Part shown: positions 18,422 through 28,126 of the stretch, piece by piece
Layout: each line of letters opens with the position of its first letter
How positions within the stretch are numbered: the first letter of the stretch is position 1
Assembly (NCBI GenBank): GCA_902537325.1
Contig: CACBAT010000005.1
Span: 18,637 to 82,636 of the forward strand
Source of the DNA: an uncultured Alphaproteobacteria bacterium
GTDB lineage: Bacteria > Pseudomonadota > Alphaproteobacteria > HIMB59 > GCA-002718135
Direction of reading: 5' to 3'
Length of the DNA: 64,000 nucleotides
Position numbers and translations under genes: made by a program
The notes under the pieces: model-generated
What the model was told of the DNA's origin: nothing
The model's database searches: none
What the model saw: the letters and a program-made list of their open reading frames with translations, nothing else

Positions 18422-19408
18422 ATGTCAAAAATAAGTGAAGATATACTTCTAATTGATGGATTGGAATATTGTAACTGGAATAGGGAATTATTTGAAAATG
18501 CCCACCAAGCTGGATTAAATGCAATTCATGCGACATTAGTGTATTGGGAAAATACTGAAGAGTCTTTTGAAAAAATAAATTATTGGTACCGTCTTTTTAA
18601 AGAGCATCATGATATTATTGCTCACGCAAAAACTACCGAAGATATTTTGGATGCTAAAAAAAATAATAAAGTTGCAATTATTTTTGGTTTTCAAAATTCT
18701 GCTCCTATTGCGAATGATATATTTTTAATTGAAAAATTTTTTGAAGCAGGTGTGAGATTTATGCAACTCACCTATAATAATCAAACCCCACTTGCTGGAG
18801 GATGTTTTGAACCTAAAGACTCAGGTGTTTCACGATTTGGAAAAGCTGTTATTGAAGAAATGAATAGACTTGGCATGATTGTAGATTTAAGTCATGCAGG
18901 AAAGCAAACTTGTCTTGATGCTATTGAATTCTCAAATAAACCTGTGGCAATTTCTCATGCTAATCCAAATTTCTTTCATAAATCTAAAAGAAACATTGAT
19001 ACTGATATTTTACAAAAACTTGTTAAAAAAAATGGTTTTATTGGGTTAAGTTTATATCCTTACCATCTTAAAAATTTAGGTGATTGTACTATAGAAGATT
19101 TTTGTGAAATGATTAAGGAGCTAGTAAATCTAATTGGTGAAGACAATATTGGAATAGGTTCTGATCTTTGTTTAAATTGGCCTGATGATGTAGTTATGTG
19201 GATGAGAAATGGAAAGTGGACCAAAAATATCGACTATGGAGAATCTAAAGATAAAAATCCAAAATGGCCTAAGTTACCAAGTTGGTATAAGCAACCAAGT
19301 GACTTAAATAATTTATTTTATTTAATGTGTGAAAATAATATTTCAGAAAAAGTTTCTACAAAAATAATAGGTCAGAATTGGTTTAACTTCATGAAAAGTC
19401 AATTTTAG
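18422..19408 (+). CDS. Membrane (renal) dipeptidase M19-like protein with degenerate metal site
   Basis: 328 aa, collinear with DPEP1-type proteins (VDLSHAG, VAISHANP, KRNIDTDIL, GIGSD). The N-terminal DGHND reads DGLEY and the GVEGG position reads GFQNS. Confidence 0.7.
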   Translation: MSKISEDILLIDGLEYCNWNRELFENAHQAGLNAIHATLVYWENTEESFEKINYWYRLFKEHHDIIAHAKTTEDILDAKKNNKVAIIFGFQNSAPIANDIFLIEKFFEAGVRFMQLTYNNQTPLAGGCFEPKDSGVSRFGKAVIEEMNRLGMIVDLSHAGKQTCLDAIEFSNKPVAISHANPNFFHKSKRNIDTDILQKLVKKNGFIGLSLYPYHLKNLGDCTIEDFCEMIKELVNLIGEDNIGIGSDLCLNWPDDVVMWMRNGKWTKNIDYGESKDKNPKWPKLPSWYKQPSDLNNLFYLMCENNISEKVSTKIIGQNWFNFMKSQF

Positions 19409-20268
19409 TTTTTACGACTAATAAAAGAAGCTGATAGCAAACTTATTATTACAATCGAAGCACCAATCATTTGATAAGTTTCTAAATTTTCTTTTAATAA
19501 AAAAACAGCTCCAAGAACACCTACCACTGGTTCTAAATACAAAAATAAAGCAGTATATGATTGTCCAATCTTTGGGATAGCAATTAATTGTGATAAAAGT
19601 GCAAAGCTATAACATACCGAAGGAATTAAAATTAAAAGATAAATATTGATATCAAAATTAAAATTTAAAGAAAAAAATATTTTTAATATTACAAAGAAGA
19701 AAAAAGTATTAAAAACATTTATAAAGATATTAATTGGTATTGGTGAAATACCTTTAATAGACATTTTTTGATTTACTATAATCATACTAGTTGATCCCAG
19801 TGATGCAAGAAAAGCTAAAAGAATACCTACTATATTTATAACTTTAAAAGATGGCCCTATAACTAAAATAATTCCTAAAAATGTAACAAAAAAGAGAATT
19901 TTTACAGTTAATGAAATTTTTTCTTTATCGACAATAATAGAAAATAAAAGAACATATATTGGATAGAGGCAAAAAATAAGAATTGTTAAACTAACTTCAA
20001 TAAATATAACTGAAGTCAATAATCCAAGCGTTAAAAATATTGAACCAGCTGATATAGATAAAAAATATTTTAGGTTCTTTTTAAAAATTTCTAATAGATT
20101 ATTTTGATAAGGGATAAAAGGTAATATAATTATCGAGGCAACTGCGTAACGTAAAAAAATAGTTAATGCTACAGAAGCACCAGAATTATATGCTATTTTT
20201 GTAGTAGGACCAATTAAGCCAAACAAAATTCCAGCAACTAAAGCAAAAATAACTCCAAATATGAACAT
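19405..20268 (-). CDS. DMT-superfamily (EamA-like) permease
   Basis: 287 aa and hydrophobic throughout, consistent with about 10 TM segments in two halves. Its stop overlaps the M19-like stop (TTAG at 19405-19408). Confidence 0.65.
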   Translation of the reverse strand: MFIFGVIFALVAGILFGLIGPTTKIAYNSGASVALTIFLRYAVASIIILPFIPYQNNLLEIFKKNLKYFLSISAGSIFLTLGLLTSVIFIEVSLTILIFCLYPIYVLLFSIIVDKEKISLTVKILFFVTFLGIILVIGPSFKVINIVGILLAFLASLGSTSMIIVNQKMSIKGISPIPINIFINVFNTFFFFVILKIFFSLNFNFDINIYLLILIPSVCYSFALLSQLIAIPKIGQSYTALFLYLEPVVGVLGAVFLLKENLETYQMIGASIVIISLLSASFISRKN

Positions 20269-20334
20269 TTTTTTAAATTAACTTTTGACTATTTGTTTTC
20301 ATGCAGTTATTCAAGCTTCATTACAAAATATATT

Positions 20335-21423
20335 ATGAATGACACATCTCAAAGTTTCGTTAAATTTGAAAAGATCGATAAAAGTTACGATGGAGAAGTA
20401 CTAGTAGTAAAAAACTTAAACTTGGATATTGCTAAGGGTGAGTTCGTAACAATGTTGGGTCCATCAGGATCAGGTAAAACAACAACTTTGATGATGTTAG
20501 CTGGTTTTGAAACACCTACAAATGGTGAAATATTTTTAGATACTAAACCAATTAGTAAAATACCTCCCTATGAAAGAGAAATAGGAATGGTATTTCAAAA
20601 CTATGCTTTATTTCCTCACATGACTGTTGCGGAAAATTTGTCATTTCCGCTAGAAGTGAGAAAAATTTCAAAACCAGACATTAAAGAAAAAGTGCAGAAA
20701 GCACTTGATATGGTTGAGTTAGGTAATTTTGGTACAAGATTTCCAGCTCAATTATCTGGTGGACAACAGCAAAGAGTCGCTTTGGCCAGAGCACTTGTAT
20801 TTGAACCACGCCTAGTATTAATGGATGAGCCTTTAGGTGCACTCGACAAGAATTTACGTGAACAGATGCAATACGAAATAAAACATATTCACGATAGGAT
20901 TGGTATAACTGTTGTCTATGTTACTCATGATCAAAGTGAAGCATTAACAATGTCTAACAGAATAGCAGTTTTTAATGATGGAGTTGTTCAACAATTATCT
21001 ACCCCTGACATACTTTATGAAAAACCTGAAAATTCTTTTGTTGCGAAATTTATTGGTGAAAATAATACTCTTAATGGAGTAGTTAAAGAAATTAATGGTA
21101 GTTCCTGTATAGTTGATCTAGATAATAATCAGGGCACAATCAAAGCTTTGAAAATTAATGTAAATGAGGTTGGTGAAAAAACTCAGTTATCAATTAGACC
21201 AGAGAGAGTTTCAATTAATGACGGTAACAATGAAGAAAATTCATTTACAGGAAAAATCGAAGAATTAATTTATCTTGGAGATCATATCAGAGCTCGGTTG
21301 GATGTATGCGGTAACAATGAGTTTATTGTTAAAGTTCCTAATGAGGGAAATTTTAGTCATAAAGAGGGTGACACCTTAAATCTAAGTTGGAACTCTGAAG
21401 ATGTAAGAGCTTTGGATATCTAG
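20335..21423 (+). CDS. ABC transporter ATP-binding protein, PotA-like
   Basis: Walker A GPSGSGKTT, signature LSGGQQQRV and Walker B LVLMDEP, with a C-terminal TOBE-like domain. I prefer the ATG at 20335 to the TTG at 20293. Confidence 0.85.
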   Translation: MNDTSQSFVKFEKIDKSYDGEVLVVKNLNLDIAKGEFVTMLGPSGSGKTTTLMMLAGFETPTNGEIFLDTKPISKIPPYEREIGMVFQNYALFPHMTVAENLSFPLEVRKISKPDIKEKVQKALDMVELGNFGTRFPAQLSGGQQQRVALARALVFEPRLVLMDEPLGALDKNLREQMQYEIKHIHDRIGITVVYVTHDQSEALTMSNRIAVFNDGVVQQLSTPDILYEKPENSFVAKFIGENNTLNGVVKEINGSSCIVDLDNNQGTIKALKINVNEVGEKTQLSIRPERVSINDGNNEENSFTGKIEELIYLGDHIRARLDVCGNNEFIVKVPNEGNFSHKEGDTLNLSWNSEDVRALDI

Positions 21424-21549
21424 GATATTTATTAGAAAACCGCGATTTTTTTTTTATTTTTAGCCCTTTTTTTTCACTTTGCTACATGTTATTAAACATT
21501 TATTACAGACATAATCTTAAGATTAAAAATTAAAAATAGGAGGATATAT

Positions 21550-22653
21550 ATGTCTAAATTTTTAAAAGCCTTCTTATTTGTGTCACTTGTATTTGCTCCT
21601 TTTACTGCTAGCGCAGTAACAGTTGCATCTTGGGGTGGTGCTTATACAGAAAGTCAACAAAAAGCTTACGCTGATACATACTCTGATCCTAGTTCAATTG
21701 TATTTGAAAACTACAACGGTGGTTTAGGTGAAGTAAGAGCTCAAGTAGAAAGTGGAAGCGTTACTTGGGATTTAGTAGATGTTTTACCATCTGATGCGAT
21801 AACTGGATGTGATGAAGGATTATTTGAAGATATTTCAAGTGAAATTGCTACTTTAGGTGTTCCTGGTCCTGACGGTGAGTCGATTGCGGAAGATATGGAA
21901 AATAATGGTCTTGAATACCACTCTGGTTGGGACTGTTGTGTACCACAAATCTTTTGGACATACGTAGTATTTTACGATCCAGATGCATTCCCAGGTGAAA
22001 AACCAGACAGTATGGCAGACTTTTTTGATACAGAAAAATTTCCTGGCAAAAGAGGTATTCATACTTGGGCAACAGGTATAATCGAAAAAGCAATGGTAGC
22101 AGATGGAGTAAGTCCAAATGCAGTTCCAACTGTTTTAGCTAACCAAACAGGTGCTATTGATAGAGCATTTGAAGTTATGGATAGAATTAAAGACGATGTT
22201 GTTTTCTGGTCTGCTGGTTCACAACCACTTGAGTTAGTAAAAAGTGGTGAAGTTATTATGGCTGTTGCATATAACGGTCGTGTAGGTGCAGCAAATTTAG
22301 CTGAAGGTGAAAACTTTGAGTATATTTGGGAAGGTCAGGTTTTAGACCAAGAGTATCTTTGTCTAACTGCTGGAGCTCCTAATAGAGATGCAGCTATTGA
22401 CTTTATGATGCATGCTTCAACTCCTGAAGCTCAAGCTGAACAAGCTAAATATATTACATATGGACCAATGAGAGCATCTGGTATTCCAATCATTCAAAAC
22501 AATGAGCCTTGGGGACCAGGAGGTGTTGATATAATGCCTCACATGCCTAACACACCAGAACGTTTAAAAGTTTCAATCGTAAGTGATCCTCAATGGTGGT
22601 CAGATTACGGTGCAGAAATTAATGAGCGTTATGCTGCTTGGATGGGTAACTAA
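21550..22653 (+). CDS. Periplasmic substrate-binding protein, PotD/PotF-like
   Basis: 367 aa with a signal peptide ending FTASA|VT. Codon usage looks biased toward ggt/gct/gaa/aaa. A 126-nt upstream spacer carries an AGGAGG SD. Confidence 0.8.
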   Translation: MSKFLKAFLFVSLVFAPFTASAVTVASWGGAYTESQQKAYADTYSDPSSIVFENYNGGLGEVRAQVESGSVTWDLVDVLPSDAITGCDEGLFEDISSEIATLGVPGPDGESIAEDMENNGLEYHSGWDCCVPQIFWTYVVFYDPDAFPGEKPDSMADFFDTEKFPGKRGIHTWATGIIEKAMVADGVSPNAVPTVLANQTGAIDRAFEVMDRIKDDVVFWSAGSQPLELVKSGEVIMAVAYNGRVGAANLAEGENFEYIWEGQVLDQEYLCLTAGAPNRDAAIDFMMHASTPEAQAEQAKYITYGPMRASGIPIIQNNEPWGPGGVDIMPHMPNTPERLKVSIVSDPQWWSDYGAEINERYAAWMGN

Positions 22654-22685
22654 GCTTGAAAAAATAAAATTTGTAATTTAATCTA

Positions 22686-22711
22686 AAGGCGAGAATTATC
22701 TCGCCTTTTTT
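22686..22711 (+). terminator. Intrinsic terminator/attenuator hairpin after the SBP gene
   Basis: The stem AAGGCGAGA (22686-22694) pairs with TCTCGCCTT (22699-22707) around the loop ATTA. It runs into a T tract that extends to 22711. Confidence 0.6.
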
Positions 22712-22713
22712 AT

Positions 22714-23991
22714 TTGGAGGTTACTATTTCTACAGCGGAATTATTAACAACAGACGGAATTCCACTCAAACAAAGTCTTCGTAAGGCTGAAAGAAGAAAT
22801 AAACTACGTGCATTTCTTCTTGTTTTTCCTTTACTCCTTTTCATTTTTGTAACTTTTGTAATGCCTATTGGAGATATGCTTCTTAGGAGCGTTGATGATA
22901 GTCAAATTAATTCAGTTTTTCCTAATACTTTTGATGAATACAAAAATTGGGATAAAGGAGCTGACGAACTACCACCTGAAGAAGTATATAAAAGTCTTTT
23001 TTTTGAATTAGCCAATGGAGACAAGAGACAAATAGGTAAAGCCTTAACAAGAATGAATTATGCAAAATCTGGTTGGAAAAGTTTAATAAAAAAAACAACT
23101 AGAGAAATAAAAAAAATTGTAAAAAAAGGCGAAGAACCAGTTTCTTATAAAGATACATTTATTAATATAAATAAGCTGTGGGCGGATCCAACTTATTGGT
23201 ACTCATTTAATCAAATGGTAAAAGATAGATCTTCAATTTATTATTGGAATGCTCTCGATAGAACATTTGATGAAGAAGGAGATGTCGTTTTACAAGATGA
23301 AAAAAGAAGAATGTATATTAAAACGTGGCTTAGAACTTTTAAGGTCAGTGTCTATGTAACAATTTTTTGCTTAATTCTTGGTTTCCCGGTTGCTCATCTC
23401 TTAGCTAATTTACCTCTAAGATACAGCAATCTTCTTATGATTTTTGTATTACTTCCATTTTGGACCTCTTTACTTGTGAGAACAACAGCATGGATTGTAA
23501 TGCTTCAACAAAATGGAGTTATAAATGGAATTTTAGTTTGGCTAGGCGTTATAAGCGACGATGGTCGAATACAAATGGTTTATAATGAAGTTGGAACATT
23601 AATAGCAATGACTCAAATTTTATTACCATTTATGATTTTACCTTTGTACAGTGTAATGAGGGTTATTCCAAAAAGCCACATGAGAGCTGCTCAAAATTTA
23701 GGAGCAAAACCTGTAACTGCATTTTTGCGAGTTTACTTACCTCAGACTATTCCTGGTATAAGTGCTGGTGGTTTATTGGTTTTTGTACTTGCCATTGGGT
23801 ATTTTATAACACCTGAATTAGTTGGCGGAAAAGATGGTAAATTGATTGGGAGTTGGATTGCTTATCATTTAAAAACAACACTTAACTGGGGATTGTGTGC
23901 TGCTCTTGGCGCTATACTTCTTGGTATAATGCTGATCTTCTATTGGCTTTACAATAAAATTGTCGGAATAGATAACATAAAGTTAGGATAA
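22714..23991 (+). CDS. ABC transporter permease, PotB-like, with a large hydrophilic insert
   Basis: 425 aa with the EAA-loop MRAAQNLGAKPVTAFLRVYLPQTIPGI. No in-frame ATG lies upstream of TM1, so the start must be non-ATG: TTG at 22714, or ATT at 22726 after GGAGG at 22716-22720. Confidence 0.75.
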   Translation: MEVTISTAELLTTDGIPLKQSLRKAERRNKLRAFLLVFPLLLFIFVTFVMPIGDMLLRSVDDSQINSVFPNTFDEYKNWDKGADELPPEEVYKSLFFELANGDKRQIGKALTRMNYAKSGWKSLIKKTTREIKKIVKKGEEPVSYKDTFININKLWADPTYWYSFNQMVKDRSSIYYWNALDRTFDEEGDVVLQDEKRRMYIKTWLRTFKVSVYVTIFCLILGFPVAHLLANLPLRYSNLLMIFVLLPFWTSLLVRTTAWIVMLQQNGVINGILVWLGVISDDGRIQMVYNEVGTLIAMTQILLPFMILPLYSVMRVIPKSHMRAAQNLGAKPVTAFLRVYLPQTIPGISAGGLLVFVLAIGYFITPELVGGKDGKLIGSWIAYHLKTTLNWGLCAALGAILLGIMLIFYWLYNKIVGIDNIKLG

Positions 23992-23995
23992 TAGT

Positions 23996-24892
23996 ATGGC
24001 TCTCCCAAGTTACGCATCACCAGTTCAAAGAACTTACTATTATTTTTACTTATTTTTTTGTACGGTAGTTTTCTTTTTTTTAATAGCACCACTATTTGCA
24101 ATTATTCCAATATCTTTTAGTGTTTCTCCTTTTATGGTTTTTACCGAAGGAATGCTTGCATGGCCTCCTGATCCAGAAGCATGGTCAATTAGATGGTATA
24201 GAAATATGATTGGTGATTGTAGTGCTGATGTTGTTTCCTCTACTGTTCCTTGTTCAACAAAATGGATGAAAGGTACAGTAAATAGTTTTTATATCGGTAT
24301 CATAGCAACTGTTATTGCTACGGCCTTAGGCACATTAGCCGCATTAGGATTAAGCAGGCCTCACATGCCATATAAAGGTTTGATAATGGCAATCTTAATT
24401 TCACCAATGATCGTTCCACTAATTATAACAGCTGCAGGAATGTTCTTCTTCTATGCAAGAATAAATCTTGTTTATACTTTCACAGGTGTAATTCTTGCAC
24501 ACGTTGCTCTTGCTACACCCTTTGTAGTAATTACTGTAACGGCAACATTAGTTGGTTTTGATATGAATATGGTAAAAGCAGCACAAAGCTTAGGTGCTAA
24601 ACCAATGAGAACATTTTTTAAAGTCATTATGCCGTTGATTTTACCAGGTATTATATCAGGCGCTTTATTTGCTTTTATTACATCCTTTGATGAAGTCGTT
24701 ATAGTTATGTTTATGGCAAGTATTGATCAGTTAACTATTCCAAAACAAATGTGGGCCGGCATACGACAAGAAATAAGCCCTGTTATTTTATGTATGGCTA
24801 CATGTTTAGTACTTCTTTCTATATTCTTATTAACTACAGTTGAAGTACTTAGAAGAAGATCTGAAAAACTCAGAGGTATTAAAGCTCGATAG
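23996..24892 (+). CDS. ABC transporter permease, PotC-like
   Basis: 298 aa with the EAA-loop VKAAQSLGAKPMRTFFKVIMPLILPGI. Confidence 0.8.
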   Translation: MALPSYASPVQRTYYYFYLFFCTVVFFFLIAPLFAIIPISFSVSPFMVFTEGMLAWPPDPEAWSIRWYRNMIGDCSADVVSSTVPCSTKWMKGTVNSFYIGIIATVIATALGTLAALGLSRPHMPYKGLIMAILISPMIVPLIITAAGMFFFYARINLVYTFTGVILAHVALATPFVVITVTATLVGFDMNMVKAAQSLGAKPMRTFFKVIMPLILPGIISGALFAFITSFDEVVIVMFMASIDQLTIPKQMWAGIRQEISPVILCMATCLVLLSIFLLTTVEVLRRRSEKLRGIKAR

Positions 24893-24896
24893 AACA

Positions 24897-26126
24897 GTGA
24901 AGAACATTGCTGTTATTGGTGCTGGTATAGTTGGTATATGTAGCGCATATTTTTTAAAAAAATCTGGATTTAATGTAACTTTAATTGACAGGGAGCAGCC
25001 TGGTTCAATGACAAGTTTTGGTCATGCTTGTACTTTTGCAGACTATGCAAATGTTCCTGTAAATTATCCTGGATTGATTTGGGATATACCATCAATGCTC
25101 TTAAGAAAAGATGGACCTTTGGCAGTTGATTTTTTTTATATTTTAAAGAACTTGCCTTGGGCAATAAGTTTTTTAAAAAACTGTAAAAAAGAAAAAGTTA
25201 ATGAAATAGCAAACTCTCTCACCAACCTATTGAAACACTCACAAATTTCTTACGATGAAATTTTTCAAGATGTAAATGTAAAAGAATATATTAGCTATGA
25301 AGAAAATCTATATCTTTTTGATTCAAAAAAATCTTATGAAAATTATGAATACGCAAACATTATTAGAAAAAATAATAACGTTAAAGTAAGAAATTTAAAT
25401 AAAAATGAAGTTAAAGAATTAGAACCAAATTTGGCTGATGTTTATTATGCAGGTCAAATTTTTACAGGATCTAGACATACAACAAATCCATTAGCAATAA
25501 GTACTAAAATTTTTGAAAAGTTTTTAGAATTAGGTGGTATTTATATAAATCAAAATATAAAAAATTTAACGCAGAAAGAAAAAAATATAGAATTATTTTT
25601 AGAAAATAAAAAACTTAATTTTGATAAAATAATTGTAAGTGCTGGTGCTTGGTCAAATCAAATTGCCAATAAGCTTGGAGATAAATTCCCTCTTGATACC
25701 GAAAGAGGGTATCACCTTTTATTTGAAACTAAAGAGAAATTAATAAATCGTCCCGTTGCTTGGTCCGAATCTGGATTTTACCTAATACAAATTCATGATG
25801 GTATAAGAGCTGCTGGTACAGTTGAAATAGCAGGTTTAAATAAACCACCTAATAAAAAACGTCTTGAAATGATAGAGAGACAATCAAGAAAGGTTTTGCC
25901 CCAATTGAAAGAAGTAAGATCAACATGGATGGGTAGAAGACCTACCTTGCCAGACTCATTACCTGTGATTGGAAAGTCTCGCAAAAATAATAATGTCATT
26001 TATGCATTTGGACATCAACATATTGGCTGGACTTTAGGAGCTGTTACAGGAAAAATTATTGATAGTTTATCAAAAGATCAATTGCCGAATATAGACATTA
26101 GCGCTTATTCTCCAAACCGATTTTAA
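24897..26126 (+). CDS. FAD-dependent oxidoreductase (D-amino-acid dehydrogenase/DAO family)
   Basis: The dinucleotide motif VKNIAVIGAGIVGICSAYFL sits right at the N-terminus if the GTG at 24897 is used. The ORF-track ATG at 24840 would overlap the permease by 53 nt. The C-terminus carries AFGHQHIGWTLG. Confidence 0.7.
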   Translation: MKNIAVIGAGIVGICSAYFLKKSGFNVTLIDREQPGSMTSFGHACTFADYANVPVNYPGLIWDIPSMLLRKDGPLAVDFFYILKNLPWAISFLKNCKKEKVNEIANSLTNLLKHSQISYDEIFQDVNVKEYISYEENLYLFDSKKSYENYEYANIIRKNNNVKVRNLNKNEVKELEPNLADVYYAGQIFTGSRHTTNPLAISTKIFEKFLELGGIYINQNIKNLTQKEKNIELFLENKKLNFDKIIVSAGAWSNQIANKLGDKFPLDTERGYHLLFETKEKLINRPVAWSESGFYLIQIHDGIRAAGTVEIAGLNKPPNKKRLEMIERQSRKVLPQLKEVRSTWMGRRPTLPDSLPVIGKSRKNNNVIYAFGHQHIGWTLGAVTGKIIDSLSKDQLPNIDISAYSPNRF

Positions 26127-27556
26127 CCTAAACTAATACCAACATTTTTGACTTGAAGATAAGATTTAAGTCCATCTACTCCTTTTTCACGGCTATATCC
26201 TGATTGTTTGTAACCTCCAAAAGGAGTTGCATGATTTCCGGTAAACCATTTATTTACATATACTTGACCAGCTTCTAATTTGCTTGCAGTCCAAGATGCT
26301 TTTTTAAGATCTTTTGTAAATACACCAGCACCTAAACCATACTCAGTATCATTAGCAATATCAATTGCTTCTTCTTGATCTTCATATTCAAGAACTGAGA
26401 GTACCGGACCAAAAATTTCTTCTCTGGCTACAGTCATACTTTGTTTAACATTGTTTAGAACTGTTGGTTCCATAAAATATCCATCACGTTCTAATCTTTT
26501 TCCTCCATATGCCGCTTCTGCTCCTTCTTGGATTCCTGATCTTGCATAACCTTCAACTTTTTGAAGCTGATTTTCTGATATAACTGGAGTTAGGTCTGTA
26601 TCTTTTTCTATACCAGGTCCAATTTTTAACGACTTACTCATATCAACAAGCTTATCTACTAATTCATCTTTGATTGATTTATGAACTACCAATCTAGACA
26701 TCGCTGTACAAATTTGTCCTGCAACACTAAATATTCCTGAACGTGCACTTTCTAGAACTTCATTTAAATCAGCATCAGGGTAAACAATACCAGCTGACTT
26801 ACCGCCTAATTCAACTACAGCAGGTATAGCTTTGTCAGCACAAGCATGAAGTATCTTTTTTCCAGTTGCAACTGAGCCTGTAAAAACTACGTGATTTACA
26901 TCTTCATGAGATACAAGATAAGATCCTGCTTCATTCCCATATCCACAAATTATGTTTATTAATCCTTCAGGTACTCCAGCATTTTGTATTGCTTTAGCAA
27001 AAATTGTTGCGGACAAAGGAGTTAATTCTGCAGTTTTTATTATTGTTGAATTTCCTGTAGCAAAAGAACATGACAGTGATCTTCCAATCATTGATAATGG
27101 AAAATTCCATGGCACAACATGTGCTGATACACCAAATGGTTCTAAAACTGTGTAATCAAAAACATTTTTTGCAACAGGTATTGTTTTACCCTCAAGTTTA
27201 TCTGTTAAGCCTGCATAATAATCAAACATATCTGCTACATCATTGAATTCTTTAATTGCTGAAGCAATATTTTTTCCATTTTCATAACAAAGAAGTTCTC
27301 CTCCTTCTTTTGCAACTTTTCTTGTCTCTTCCGCAATTTTTCTCATTAATTTTGCTCTTGTAAGCAATGGCATATCTACAAGTACTCTATTGTTATAAGA
27401 ATTCTTTGCTGCTTCTACAGCAAGATCAACATCATTTTTTTTTGCACATGAAATTTCACCAATGACTTTACCATTTGAAGGATCATCAACTTTTATTGTT
27501 TCTTTTGATTCGCTACTAATCCATTTTCCGTCAATAAAATTTTTATACTGTTGCAT
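26123..27556 (-). CDS. Aldehyde dehydrogenase (betaine-aldehyde/aminobutyraldehyde dehydrogenase-like)
   Basis: 477 aa with VPWNFP, ELGGKSAGIV, GQICTAMSRL and EEIFGP. Its stop shares TTAA with the convergent oxidoreductase gene. Confidence 0.85.
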   Translation of the reverse strand: MQQYKNFIDGKWISSESKETIKVDDPSNGKVIGEISCAKKNDVDLAVEAAKNSYNNRVLVDMPLLTRAKLMRKIAEETRKVAKEGGELLCYENGKNIASAIKEFNDVADMFDYYAGLTDKLEGKTIPVAKNVFDYTVLEPFGVSAHVVPWNFPLSMIGRSLSCSFATGNSTIIKTAELTPLSATIFAKAIQNAGVPEGLINIICGYGNEAGSYLVSHEDVNHVVFTGSVATGKKILHACADKAIPAVVELGGKSAGIVYPDADLNEVLESARSGIFSVAGQICTAMSRLVVHKSIKDELVDKLVDMSKSLKIGPGIEKDTDLTPVISENQLQKVEGYARSGIQEGAEAAYGGKRLERDGYFMEPTVLNNVKQSMTVAREEIFGPVLSVLEYEDQEEAIDIANDTEYGLGAGVFTKDLKKASWTASKLEAGQVYVNKWFTGNHATPFGGYKQSGYSREKGVDGLKSYLQVKNVGISLG

Positions 27557-27616
27557 GATTGTATCTTTAAATTTTTTCCTTTATTCTATAATTATCTATA
27601 GTAACATAAATTATAA

Positions 27617-28126
27617 ATGCCAAGTATAATAAAATATTATGTAAAAACGATAGATTTCATCAGTTTGAAAACTGGACGAGCAACTATGTATCTAGTTTTT
27701 GTAATGATGTTTATTTTAATTTTATCTTTTGTAACCAGAAATATTATTAACATTCCACTTATATGGATTATTGAAATGGCTCAGTTTGTTATGACAGGTT
27801 ATTATTTATTAGGTGGAGGATATTCAATGCTTACAGACGATCATGTAAGAATGGATCTTATTTATAGTAAACTTAAAGATAAAACTAAGGCATTATTGGA
27901 TTCTTTAACAAGTGTGTTTTTAATTTTTTATCTTGTTGTTCTTTTAATTGGTTCAATTTCTAGTTTAACTTATACTTTAGAAACTAATCAAAGATTATTT
28001 ACAGCGTGGGCACCTTATGTTTGGCCTATCAAATCTATAATGACTTTTGGTATTTTATTAATGCTTCTTCAATCAATTGCAATTTTTTTCAAGGATATTG
28101 CAAAAGTATTAAATAGAGAAATTTGA
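27617..28126 (+). CDS. TRAP transporter small permease (DctQ-type)
   Basis: 169 aa with four hydrophobic segments. It overlaps the following large-permease gene by 4 nt. Confidence 0.75.
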   Translation: MPSIIKYYVKTIDFISLKTGRATMYLVFVMMFILILSFVTRNIINIPLIWIIEMAQFVMTGYYLLGGGYSMLTDDHVRMDLIYSKLKDKTKALLDSLTSVFLIFYLVVLLIGSISSLTYTLETNQRLFTAWAPYVWPIKSIMTFGILLMLLQSIAIFFKDIAKVLNREI

